Shown: one piece after another, positions 8,398 through 16,544 of the stretch
Layout of the letters: each line of letters starts with the position of its first letter
Position numbering within the stretch: position 1 is the stretch's first letter
Assembly: GCF_000018465.1 (NCBI RefSeq)
Contig: NC_010085.1
Location: 420,001 to 452,000, forward strand
Length of the DNA: 32,000 bases
From: Nitrosopumilus maritimus SCM1
Lineage (GTDB): Archaea > Thermoproteota > Nitrososphaeria > Nitrososphaerales > Nitrosopumilaceae
Reading direction: 5' to 3'
Program-made: the position numbers and the translations under genes
The notes under the pieces: model-generated
Databases searched by the model: none
The model's input: the letters and a program-made list of their open reading frames with translations, nothing else
Told to the model about the DNA's origin: nothing

Positions 8398-9179
8398 ATA
8401 CTTTGATGTATGATTCTTACACAATTTTTTGGAGAGAGCTAAAGAGATACAAAAAATCTCGAAGTGGTGTTTTAATCAGACTGATACAACCTGCAATTTG
8501 GATTATAGTTATAGGAAATACGTTTTCAGGAACTCAACCACTGATACAGTCAGTTGGTTTTGAAGGTGAATACATTGAATTTATGGCACCTGGTGTCATT
8601 ATACTTACTGCAATTTTTACAAGTATTTTTGGTGGTGTAAACACTTTGTGGGATAGACGCTATGGTTTTATGAATAAAGCATTAACATCACCAATCTCTC
8701 GTTCTGCAATTGCATTAGGAAAAATGTCTGCAATCTCATTAATTGCAGCTCTGCAAGCTAGTTTGATTTTGGGAATTGCTTTGGCGATTGGTGTAACATT
8801 TCCAAATCCAATAATGATTGCTCCAATCATGGCAATTGTTATTTTGTTTTCTTTAGGATTTTCTGGAATCTCTGTGATGGTTGCAGCTACTGCAAAGTCT
8901 CAAGAAACCTTTTGGGGAATAATCAATTTCCTTGGAATGCCATTATTCATGTTGAGCCCTGCATTATTCCCATTAGAGTTGCTGCCTAACTGGCTTGCAA
9001 CTGTTGCAAAACTAAACCCTGTCACGTATACTGTATTGCTTGTAAGAGAGATGATGACGGGTGTGTCTGAAGGAGGCGTGTCTGTTCTTCTCAGCCTTGG
9101 CATTATCTTTGTCTTTGTATTGGTGATGGTTGGGCTTGCAAGCTATGTGTTTACTCGTGAGGTAAACAAGCCATTTTGA
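8394..9179 (+). CDS. ABC-2 type transporter permease
   Basis: 261 aa with six or so hydrophobic segments. Its ATG overlaps the upstream stop (ATGA). The sequence has the general look of the ABC-2 family (WRELKRYKKSR ... NPVTY). Confidence 0.85.
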   Translation: MNTLMYDSYTIFWRELKRYKKSRSGVLIRLIQPAIWIIVIGNTFSGTQPLIQSVGFEGEYIEFMAPGVIILTAIFTSIFGGVNTLWDRRYGFMNKALTSPISRSAIALGKMSAISLIAALQASLILGIALAIGVTFPNPIMIAPIMAIVILFSLGFSGISVMVAATAKSQETFWGIINFLGMPLFMLSPALFPLELLPNWLATVAKLNPVTYTVLLVREMMTGVSEGGVSVLLSLGIIFVFVLVMVGLASYVFTREVNKPF

Positions 9180-9250
9180 GATAAAGTTGACAAAAAATCA
9201 AACAATTGTTAACTCTGTTGATCTTTGAGAAATTTTGAAATCTATATCTG

Positions 9251-10828
9251 TTGAAAACAATTTCACTTGCTGTAGCCGTAATTACTGCAATTTTGCTATC
9301 TGGAACTTTTGCTCCATCTTCATATGCATTAGGTGATTATGATTTTCTTGCTGGATGGGGTGAGTTTGGAATATCTACTCCTGGACACCTTTCACACCCA
9401 CAATTTATCGCAGTTGATGATGAAGGGAATGCATACATTAGTGATTTAGGAAATAAACGTGTACAAAAATTCTCCAGCTCTGGTGAGTTTATTCTTAACT
9501 TTGGAGAAAGTGGCAAATCCTCTGGCCAATTCCATCACCCTTCCGGTGTTGCAGTTGATTCTGATTTTGTCTATGTGGCAGATCAAAATTTGCATAAAAT
9601 TCAAAAATTTACCCTTGATGGAGTGTTTGTAGATGAATGGGGAAAATACGGTAACCAAGATGGTCAATTCAAGTCCCCAAAAGATATTGCAGTAGACTCT
9701 GATTTTCTTTATGTTGTAGATGCTGATAACTATCGAATCCAGAAATTTACTACTGATGGAGAATTTGTATTATCTTTTGGTTCTGGTGGTATGAATCATG
9801 ATCAATTTCTTATTTTATCTGGAATAGCAGTTGATGATGATGGAAATATCTACATCACAGACAAAGGAAACCGTAAAATTGAAAAATTTACTTCTGATGG
9901 AATTTTGATTAAATCTTATCCACTATTTGGTACAAACTATGTATTTGCTCCTACGGGAATCACTGTTGATTCTGATGGGAAAATATTTGTCATAAACTCT
10001 GCAGAAAACAGGATTTTGTATCTTGAACTTGATGATAATTTACGTCTAAGTGTATTTGAGCAACTTGGACCATTTGGTAACTCCTTTATTGCTCCAACTG
10101 ATCTTACCTTTGGATTTCAAGGTAACTTGTTGATAGTAGATTCTGCTGCTCATAAAGTAAAATCCTTTGAAACCCCATTTTATGATGAAACAAAAGTTTT
10201 TCAAACAACTGAAATTATTGCACCAGAAATAACTGAAGGTTATGAATCTGATGATATTGATCCAACAATTATGGCTCCAAGTGACATAAAATTAGAAGCA
10301 ACTGATCTATTTACTCCTGTACCTATTGGTGATGCTGTTGCAAATGACTTGCAGAGTGGAATCAAAACTATTTTGAATAATGCTCCTGAGGCATTCTCTT
10401 TGGGTGTAAACAAGGTAACTTGGGTAGCATTTGATAATGCTGGAAACACTGCTGAAGACTATCAAACAGTTACAGTCTTTGCATGTGGTCATGTCTATTC
10501 TGATTACAACATGATAGTTGGAACTGATGAGAATGATGTTCTTCTGGGAACCTCTGGTGATGATCTAATCTTTGGGTTAGAAGGAAATGATATCATTAGT
10601 GGGTTAGAAGGAAATGACTGTATCTTTGGCGGTGATGGTGATGATATTGTCTATGGCGATGATGGATATGACACCATTAGTGGAAACGGTGGACATGATG
10701 TCCTCAAAGGAGATTCTGGATCTGATGTAATCTATGGTGGATCAGGCTCTGATGTACTTGATGGCGGTTCTGAGAATGACAACTGCTATGATTCACTAGA
10801 AAATGTTGTTCTTAATTGCAACGAATAG
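9251..10828 (+). CDS. Secreted NHL-repeat beta-propeller protein with HYR-like domain and C-terminal RTX-like Ca-binding repeats
   Basis: TTG start and signal peptide MKTISLAVAVITAILLSGTFAPSSYA. About six NHL-like blades are present (GQFxxPxGxAVDSDxxxYVxDxxNxRIQKF). An HYR-like segment spans about nt 10256-10484. From nt 10520 there are nonapeptide GxxGxD repeats (GTSGDDLIFGLEGNDIISGLEGNDCIFGGDGDDIVYG...). Confidence 0.85.
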   Translation: MKTISLAVAVITAILLSGTFAPSSYALGDYDFLAGWGEFGISTPGHLSHPQFIAVDDEGNAYISDLGNKRVQKFSSSGEFILNFGESGKSSGQFHHPSGVAVDSDFVYVADQNLHKIQKFTLDGVFVDEWGKYGNQDGQFKSPKDIAVDSDFLYVVDADNYRIQKFTTDGEFVLSFGSGGMNHDQFLILSGIAVDDDGNIYITDKGNRKIEKFTSDGILIKSYPLFGTNYVFAPTGITVDSDGKIFVINSAENRILYLELDDNLRLSVFEQLGPFGNSFIAPTDLTFGFQGNLLIVDSAAHKVKSFETPFYDETKVFQTTEIIAPEITEGYESDDIDPTIMAPSDIKLEATDLFTPVPIGDAVANDLQSGIKTILNNAPEAFSLGVNKVTWVAFDNAGNTAEDYQTVTVFACGHVYSDYNMIVGTDENDVLLGTSGDDLIFGLEGNDIISGLEGNDCIFGGDGDDIVYGDDGYDTISGNGGHDVLKGDSGSDVIYGGSGSDVLDGGSENDNCYDSLENVVLNCNE

Positions 10829-10925
10829 AATTTCTATATAGAATCTATTTCATATAATACCACTATGTTCTACAAATAGAAAATAATGTTTTAGCTTATA
10901 GTATTAATCCACCTTTTGCACCTTA

Positions 10926-12557
10926 ATGACTATCAAAAACATCCAAAACATTGCAATGTTTAGCATTATTGCAACAATTACTTTAGCATCATTTGGAACT
11001 TCTAATGTTTTTGCAGAAGAAGAAAGACAATACAAAATGGTTGGTGATGTTGTACCTGTGCTAACTTTTACCTTTAGAGATGGTGTTGAAATACATTCAT
11101 TCCCTTCCTTTGATATGGGTGAGAACATCGTAGCTGATTCTGGCGTGTCCTTTTCAGTTCAAGGAACTGTTACTGATGCTCCATTGTTACATGCTGCAAT
11201 GGATGAGGCATACAAATACCGATTCTCAAATGCTGCATTTGACTATCAGTTGAAATACTTTGATGTAACTGCTGATTTCATTAAAGAAGGAGAGTCCATA
11301 CTGTCTTTTGATTATAACAACTGTAGAGTTGATAACTATCAAGTTGAAACTTTAGATTCAAATGACTATGAAAGCTATTTCAAAGAGGTTGGATTTGCTG
11401 TTGTTGACAAGATAGATTTTGTATGTAGTGGTATAACTTCAAATCATGAATTTGTAATGCCAACTGAACCAATTACTGATTTTGGTGATTCTGGATTCAA
11501 ATTTGCAAAAGACATGAGTACCTCTGTAACTTTCATATTTGATGACGGTGTAGAAAAAATACAATTTCCTGTGTTTAATCTAGTTTCTGCATATGAAGAC
11601 TCCTCTGAAAATGTTGTTGCACAATTTCAAGTAGAAGGAATTTTGGAATATTATCCGTTGCTTTTTAATGCAATTGATAATGCGAGAGCAATTTCTGGAA
11701 CTGGTTATGCATCAAATGAAGATTTTGATGCTACCGTAGAATTTTCTAATGGTGAAAAAACCTTGAGAGGATTTGATTTTAGAGACTGTCTTGTAGATGA
11801 TGCCAAAGTTCATACAGTTACTGACAAAGAAGAAGGTTTTACCGGAAAGAGTGGATTTGCCGTAGTTAATACTATGGCTTTTACCTGTTCTGGACTTTCT
11901 CCAATAAACATGTATTATGATGAATTACGTGGAGATACTCCTATCTGGAAAGTTACTGATCTTTCAAATGTTTACATGGAATCTATGGACAATACTGACA
12001 AGGGATTAGATGTAATTACAACAATTACTTTCCCCGATGGTGTTGAAACAATAGAATTTTCAATGTTCAAACAAGGTGAAGTATTGACTGCAACTGAAAA
12101 TGTTGACAATGAAAATGGCGACAAAGATGTTGCTGCTCAAAAATTTACAAGAAAAACAATTGCTCCAACTTTGGAATTAAGAGGAATTCTTGGTGATTAT
12201 CCGATGTTGTATAATCATGTAGATCATAACATTCAATTCCAAACTGTTAAGGGTACAGCATTAAAAGATCTTGTAGACATTGATGTTGAAATTGTATCTA
12301 ATGGTGAAACAATTCGTGGATTCAACTATTCTAACTGTCGAGCAACAGATTATACTGTTGAAACAGATCCAAATACTGAAGAAAGTTATGTCAAAAACAA
12401 GTTTGCATTAGAAAACGTTTTTGATTTTGAATGCCAAGGATACACTCCAAACAATCCAATGTATGACGCAATGTTTGAAGTAGATTCTGCAGACAACATT
12501 AGTTCAGCAGATCTTCGAGATACCCAAAACTGGGGTAACGGTTTCTACGCACAGTAG
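10926..12557 (+). CDS. Secreted protein built of three tandem ~155-165-aa Cys-pair modules (unknown family)
   Basis: 543 aa with a signal peptide ending ...SNVFA-EEE. The modules start near aa 45, 199 and 364. Each contains (T)F(x)F(x)DGVE, then a YP(L/M)L(F/Y)N-type helix, then NC/DC ... F(V/T/E)C(S/Q)G with the Cys pair 32-34 residues apart (C133/C167, C288/C321, C471/C503). Confidence 0.85.
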   Translation: MTIKNIQNIAMFSIIATITLASFGTSNVFAEEERQYKMVGDVVPVLTFTFRDGVEIHSFPSFDMGENIVADSGVSFSVQGTVTDAPLLHAAMDEAYKYRFSNAAFDYQLKYFDVTADFIKEGESILSFDYNNCRVDNYQVETLDSNDYESYFKEVGFAVVDKIDFVCSGITSNHEFVMPTEPITDFGDSGFKFAKDMSTSVTFIFDDGVEKIQFPVFNLVSAYEDSSENVVAQFQVEGILEYYPLLFNAIDNARAISGTGYASNEDFDATVEFSNGEKTLRGFDFRDCLVDDAKVHTVTDKEEGFTGKSGFAVVNTMAFTCSGLSPINMYYDELRGDTPIWKVTDLSNVYMESMDNTDKGLDVITTITFPDGVETIEFSMFKQGEVLTATENVDNENGDKDVAAQKFTRKTIAPTLELRGILGDYPMLYNHVDHNIQFQTVKGTALKDLVDIDVEIVSNGETIRGFNYSNCRATDYTVETDPNTEESYVKNKFALENVFDFECQGYTPNNPMYDAMFEVDSADNISSADLRDTQNWGNGFYAQ

Positions 12558-12563
12558 ATTCGT

Positions 12564-12582
12564 CTTTTCTTTTTTTATTTTT
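12564..12582 (+). terminator. Oligo-T run after the triple-repeat gene
   Basis: CTTTTCTTTTTTTATTTTT begins 7 nt after the TAG at 12555-12557. Confidence 0.35.
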
Positions 12583-12624
12583 AGTTTACACTAGAAAAAT
12601 TATTTACTTGTTTTAGTTTAGCTG

Positions 12625-12777
12625 CTAGATAGTCATTATGTAATTTGCGTTACAGCTAGCATATCCTGCAACTTCGCCAAAGTGTGCAGTCAACCAGATG
12701 TATGCATTTGCAATCGTTGATGAGTCTATAATTCCTTCATGTTTCCAACACAATACTTGAGAGAACCACTCTATCAC
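12625..12777 (-). CDS. Possible 50-aa ORF in the long intergenic gap (very uncertain; could be a gene remnant or non-coding)
   Basis: The only long open frame in the 402-bp gap. From GTG (12777) it reads VIEWFSQVLCWKHEGIIDSSTIANAYIWLTAHFGEVAGYASCNANYIMTI. It has no ATG start (GTG or TTG only). The segment looks more G+C-rich than the flanking spacer. Confidence 0.2.
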   Translation of the reverse strand: MIEWFSQVLCWKHEGIIDSSTIANAYIWLTAHFGEVAGYASCNANYIMTI

Positions 12778-12798
12778 TGTCCAGTATATAGGTAGTAA

Positions 12799-12826
12799 TT
12801 TGTTAAATCATCTTTGTTTGTTAAAT
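12799..12826. promoter_or_regulatory. Exact 10-nt direct repeat TTTGTTAAAT (12799-12808 and 12817-12826) upstream of pstS
   Basis: Two identical 10-mers with an 18-bp period, about 135-160 nt upstream of the pstS ATG. A second pair, ATATAGT, sits at 12881-12887 and 12890-12896. Confidence 0.3.
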
Positions 12827-12926
12827 TGTTGACAAATTAGCTTATTTCTAAAAGTGATCGAACTGTTTGAGCCCAATGCTATATAGTAAATATAGTCACA
12901 TTGTAACTCCATATTCTATAATTGAT

Positions 12927-12934
12927 AATTATAA
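12927..12934 (+). promoter_or_regulatory. TATA-like box for pstS
   Basis: AATTATAA is centred about 29 nt upstream of the ATG at 12960. Confidence 0.35.
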
Positions 12935-12959
12935 CTAAATTAGAAACAACCATTCACTA

Positions 12960-14213
12960 ATGAGAAAACAAATAACTTCAATACTGTTGATCGCAACTCT
13001 TGTTGCAATCGTACCGCCATTAAATGCAAACGCTGATTCAATGCCTGATGCTCCTCCAGAAAATGTAGATTTTACTATCACTGGAGCTGGTGCAACATTT
13101 CCATTCCCACTCATTGATTTGTGGAGAGTTGAATACAACAAAGTATACAACAATGTAAATCTCAACTATCAATCAATTGGTAGTGGTGGTGGAATCAAAC
13201 AGCACATTGAAAAAACTGTAAACTTTGCAGCATCTGACAAACCAATGAGTAACTCTGAAAGAGAATTAGCTCCTGGAACATTACACATCCCTGAATCAAT
13301 CGGAGGTGTAGTTCTAGTGTACAACATTCCTGAAGTCCCTGAAAAAGGGCTGAAACTAACTGCTAATGCAGTTTCTAAAATCTTCTTAGGTGAAGTTACA
13401 AAATGGAATGATCCTGTTATTGCAGATGAAAATCCTGGTTTGAATCTTCCTGACAAAAATATAGTCTCAGCACACAGATCTGATGGTTCTGGAACAACGT
13501 TCATCTTTACAGATTATCTTTCTACTGTGAGTCCTACTTGGTATGACCAAGTTGGAAAGGGTAAATCTGTACCATGGCCTACCGGTCTTGCTGCTGCAGG
13601 AAACGAAGGTGTTGCAGGTATTGTAAAATCCACAGAATACTCTATTGGATACATTGAACTTGCATATGCTTTCCAAACCGGAATGAGTTATGCATTTGTT
13701 CAAAATGCTGACAAAAGTGGATTCATTGAGCCTACTTTAGACACAATTTCTGCTGCATCAAGTGGAGTTGCAGACTCTTTACCTTCAGCTGATGAAAGTT
13801 GGAGTGAAGTTTCTATTGTCAATGCACCAGGTTCTGATTCTTATCCCCTTGCAAGTTTCACATACTTGCTTGTGTATGATGATCTAAAATCAGTCACTGA
13901 CAACAAGGAACAAGCAAAAGTTGTGATTCACATGATTCATTGGATGATTACTGATGGACAAGACTTTGCACCATCTCTTCTCTATGTTCCATTAGCAGAC
14001 AAAGTCATAGAGATAGGTAAGAATGGATTGTCTCAAGTAACTTTTGATGGAGAATCTCTTTGGGATTATGAATCAGTTGTGAAAGAAACTGATTTGGGAA
14101 TTCCTCAGTGGATTAGAGACAATGCAAAATGGTGGTCAGAAGGTTTGATAACTGATGAAGACTACATCAATGGACTTCAATACCTCATCACACAAGGTAT
14201 TCTCAAAATCTAA
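12960..14213 (+). CDS. pstS: Phosphate ABC transporter substrate-binding protein PstS with an extra C-terminal Trp-rich module
   Basis: Signal peptide MRKQITSILLIATLVAIVPPLNANA with no lipobox Cys. PstS hallmarks are TGAGATFPFPL, YQSIGSGGG and HRSDGSGTT. The last ~37 aa (IPQWIRDNAKWWSEGLITDEDYINGLQYLITQGILKI) match the duplicated module of ORF 166-1641. Confidence 0.93.
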   Translation: MRKQITSILLIATLVAIVPPLNANADSMPDAPPENVDFTITGAGATFPFPLIDLWRVEYNKVYNNVNLNYQSIGSGGGIKQHIEKTVNFAASDKPMSNSERELAPGTLHIPESIGGVVLVYNIPEVPEKGLKLTANAVSKIFLGEVTKWNDPVIADENPGLNLPDKNIVSAHRSDGSGTTFIFTDYLSTVSPTWYDQVGKGKSVPWPTGLAAAGNEGVAGIVKSTEYSIGYIELAYAFQTGMSYAFVQNADKSGFIEPTLDTISAASSGVADSLPSADESWSEVSIVNAPGSDSYPLASFTYLLVYDDLKSVTDNKEQAKVVIHMIHWMITDGQDFAPSLLYVPLADKVIEIGKNGLSQVTFDGESLWDYESVVKETDLGIPQWIRDNAKWWSEGLITDEDYINGLQYLITQGILKI

Positions 14214-14214
14214 A

Positions 14215-14233
14215 TTTTTTCTTTTATTTTTTT
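14215..14233. terminator. Oligo-T tracts between convergent pstS and the small minus-strand gene
   Basis: TTTTTTCTTTTATTTTTTT immediately follows the pstS TAA. Confidence 0.35.
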
Positions 14234-14492
14234 ATGAATTACATTTGTTGAATTCTGTTACAAAATTTGGTAAATCTCCATTTGTTTTTAGAGATGCAGA
14301 TTCCATACATTGGTAATTCCCTGATGTAATAATTTGACTATATTCTAATGGTTCTGATTTTTTATTTGGTGGATGTTTTCCATATAGAATTTTTTCTCCT
14401 GTTTCAGGAAAAATAACAAATGACAAAACAAAAAAGATTGAAAACAAAATTACCATACTTATTCCTGCTATTTGTTTAGCAGTGGCTTTCAT
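14232..14492 (-). CDS. Small membrane-anchored/secreted hypothetical protein (86 aa)
   Basis: ATG start with an N-terminal hydrophobic segment (IAGISMVILFSIFFVLSFVIF). The C-terminal part has two Cys residues. No family recognised. Confidence 0.55.
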   Translation of the reverse strand: MKATAKQIAGISMVILFSIFFVLSFVIFPETGEKILYGKHPPNKKSEPLEYSQIITSGNYQCMESASLKTNGDLPNFVTEFNKCNS

Positions 14493-14637
14493 GCTATTTG
14501 GTAAAAATTACCAGTAAAAAGCGTATTTGAAATCAATTTAATTTTTGCAGCGATCTTTAATCTAACTATATAGAACTATTTTCTTCTCATAAAATATGGT
14601 AGGATCTTAGATATGCAATTTTCCACGCCAAAAATTT

Positions 14638-15615
14638 GTGGGCAGACCTAAACTAAATCCACCTAAAGTGGGACGAAGACCAATATCTGACAAAATTTTT
14701 AAAGTTGGAGCAACTGTAGCTGGAGTTTATGTTTTAGTTGTGATTGTCTTGTTAGCGTTTCAATTAATTTCAGAATCTGCTCCAATATGGGATGAATATG
14801 GTTTGTCCTTTATTGTAAAATCAGAATGGAATGCTATTGACGATCGTCAAGACTTTGGCGTATTGCCCTACATATTTGGAACACTAGTCACTTCTGCCCT
14901 GGCAATGGTAATTGGTGTCCCTCTAAGCATTGGAATTGCCATGTTCATTTCAGATGCTCCTTCAAAAATTGGCGGTCCATTAGGTTTTCTTGTAGAACTT
15001 TTGGCTGCTGTGCCTAGTGTAATCTATGGTTTGTGGGGATTGTTTGTATTTCGTGTATATTTTGTTGATTGGGTTGAAAAACCTCTGCATAACACATTTG
15101 GTGATAGTATATGGCTCTTTTCAGGAACACCTTTTGGTCTTGACATCCTTACTGCCAGTGTAATTTTAGCGATAATGATTATTCCCACAGTTTCTGCAGT
15201 CTCTAGAGAAGTAATGAAAGCTGTTCCTCAACAACAAAAAGAAGCAGCATACATGTTAGGAGCTACAAAATGGGAGATGTTCAAACTAGCTGTATTCCCA
15301 TATTCTAAAACTGGTTTGATTGGTGCATCTATTCTTGGTCTTGGTAGAGCAGTTGGTGAAACAATGGCAGTTACAATGTTGATTGGAAATGCAACTGGAC
15401 CAAATGCATTTGCTGATTCTCTGTTTGATCCAAGCCAAACAATGTCTAGTATTATTGCAAATGAATTCAATGAAGCCTCTTTAGGAACATTACATCTTCC
15501 TGCGTTAATTGGTGTTGCAGTGGTGTTGTTGTTAATTGCTATTGCAATCAATGTGGTTGCACATATTCTTGTAACTAGAATGCTAAAAGTCAAGGAGGGT
15601 GCTATCAACAATTGA
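14638..15615 (+). CDS. pstC: Phosphate ABC transporter permease PstC
   Basis: GTG start, 325 aa, multi-TM. The EAA-type loop EAAYMLGATKWEMF is present, and the protein is followed by PstA and PstB. Confidence 0.92.
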   Translation: MGRPKLNPPKVGRRPISDKIFKVGATVAGVYVLVVIVLLAFQLISESAPIWDEYGLSFIVKSEWNAIDDRQDFGVLPYIFGTLVTSALAMVIGVPLSIGIAMFISDAPSKIGGPLGFLVELLAAVPSVIYGLWGLFVFRVYFVDWVEKPLHNTFGDSIWLFSGTPFGLDILTASVILAIMIIPTVSAVSREVMKAVPQQQKEAAYMLGATKWEMFKLAVFPYSKTGLIGASILGLGRAVGETMAVTMLIGNATGPNAFADSLFDPSQTMSSIIANEFNEASLGTLHLPALIGVAVVLLLIAIAINVVAHILVTRMLKVKEGAINN

Positions 15616-16544
15616 CCACCACTAGAGAAAGACGATTAGAATATCGTGCATTATTCAAACAAAATGTTGAGAGACGATTAATGGTTGACAAAGCTGTTAG
15701 AATAGTAGTATTTGCCTGTGTGATTATTGCAATTGTTCCTCTTGGAAGTATCTTGTTAGAAGTTTTCAAAAATGGGGCTGCAGCTATTAGCTATGAATTT
15801 CTAACTGAAGTTCCTGGAGCAGTTGGTACTGGTGATGGTGGAATTGGACCTGCAATTCAAGGAACTTTGATCATAATTGGATTATCCAGTCTCATTGGTG
15901 TCCCGATTGGTGTTATGTCTGGGGTATTTCTTTCAGAGTATGGTGATAACAAACTTGCAAAGAACATCCGATTCTTCAATGATGTCTTTATGGAATTCCC
16001 TTCAATTGTAATGGGAATTTTTGCATTTTTGGTAATTGTTTTAATTTTAGGTCATTTCTCAATATGGGCTGGAGCTTTTGCATTATCTTTGATTATGTTC
16101 CCTATAGTTGCAAGAACTACTGAAGAATCTTTGAAAATGGTTCCAATGACTTATCGTGAGGCGGGAACTGCACTTGGGCTCAAAAAGTGGGTTATCACTA
16201 CAAGAATTGTCATTTCTGCTGCAAAAAATGGTATGATTACTGGAATTCTCTTGTCTGTTTCTAGAATTGGTGGTGAGACAGCTCCATTAATCATGACGAT
16301 TCTGGGTAGTAGTCAATTCTTTAGTGGCATGGATGTCCCAATGGATGCCCTTCCATTAAGAATCTGGAGACTGTCTTTGTTGCCTTATGATAGTGCACAA
16401 CTACAGGGATGGGGGGCTGCACTGGTTTTGATAATTATTATTCTTGGAATTAATCTTGGTGTTCGATATTACTTCTCAAGTAAAAAAGGAAAACAAAGAA
16501 TTTTCGGACAATTAATTAAGAAAGGAGTACGTGGAACAAATTGA
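15612..16544 (+). CDS. pstA: Phosphate ABC transporter permease PstA
   Basis: TTG start overlapping the pstC stop (TTGA). 310 aa, multi-TM, with the loop [15 protein letters not shown]. Confidence 0.92.
   Translation: MTTTRERRLEYRALFKQNVERRLMVDKAVRIVVFACVIIAIVPLGSILLEVFKNGAAAISYEFLTEVPGAVGTGDGGIGPAIQGTLIIIGLSSLIGVPIGVMSGVFLSEYGDNKLAKNIRFFNDVFMEFPSIVMGIFAFLVIVLILGHFSIWAGAFALSLIMFPIVARTTEESLKMVPMTYREAGTALGLKKWVITTRIVISAAKNGMITGILLSVSRIGGETAPLIMTILGSSQFFSGMDVPMDALPLRIWRLSLLPYDSAQLQGWGAALVLIIIILGINLGVRYYFSSKKGKQRIFGQLIKKGVRGTN

Noticed and set aside
9187-9194. TTGACAAA motif upstream of the NHL gene. It is also present upstream of pstS (12829-12836) and the PAP2 phosphatase (31132-31139), which hinted at a shared operator.
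   Set aside because: The same 8-mer, or near variants, also occurs several times inside coding regions (for example near 6922, 15688, 21221 and 25281). Its presence in three spacers is therefore not clearly above background.
10520-10790. Periodic GGxGxD-encoding repeats, considered as a possible DNA-level tandem repeat or CRISPR-like array.
   Set aside because: The periodicity is 27 nt and degenerate, it is in frame within a long ORF, and there are no unique spacers. It is a protein-level Ca-binding repeat, not a CRISPR array or satellite.
10832-10843. Perfect 12-bp palindrome TTCTATATAGAA just after the NHL gene stop.
   Set aside because: It is an A/T-rich palindrome centred on TATATA, which is common in this composition. 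It is more simply explained as part of the promoter/terminator spacer for the next gene, and no extended arms are present.
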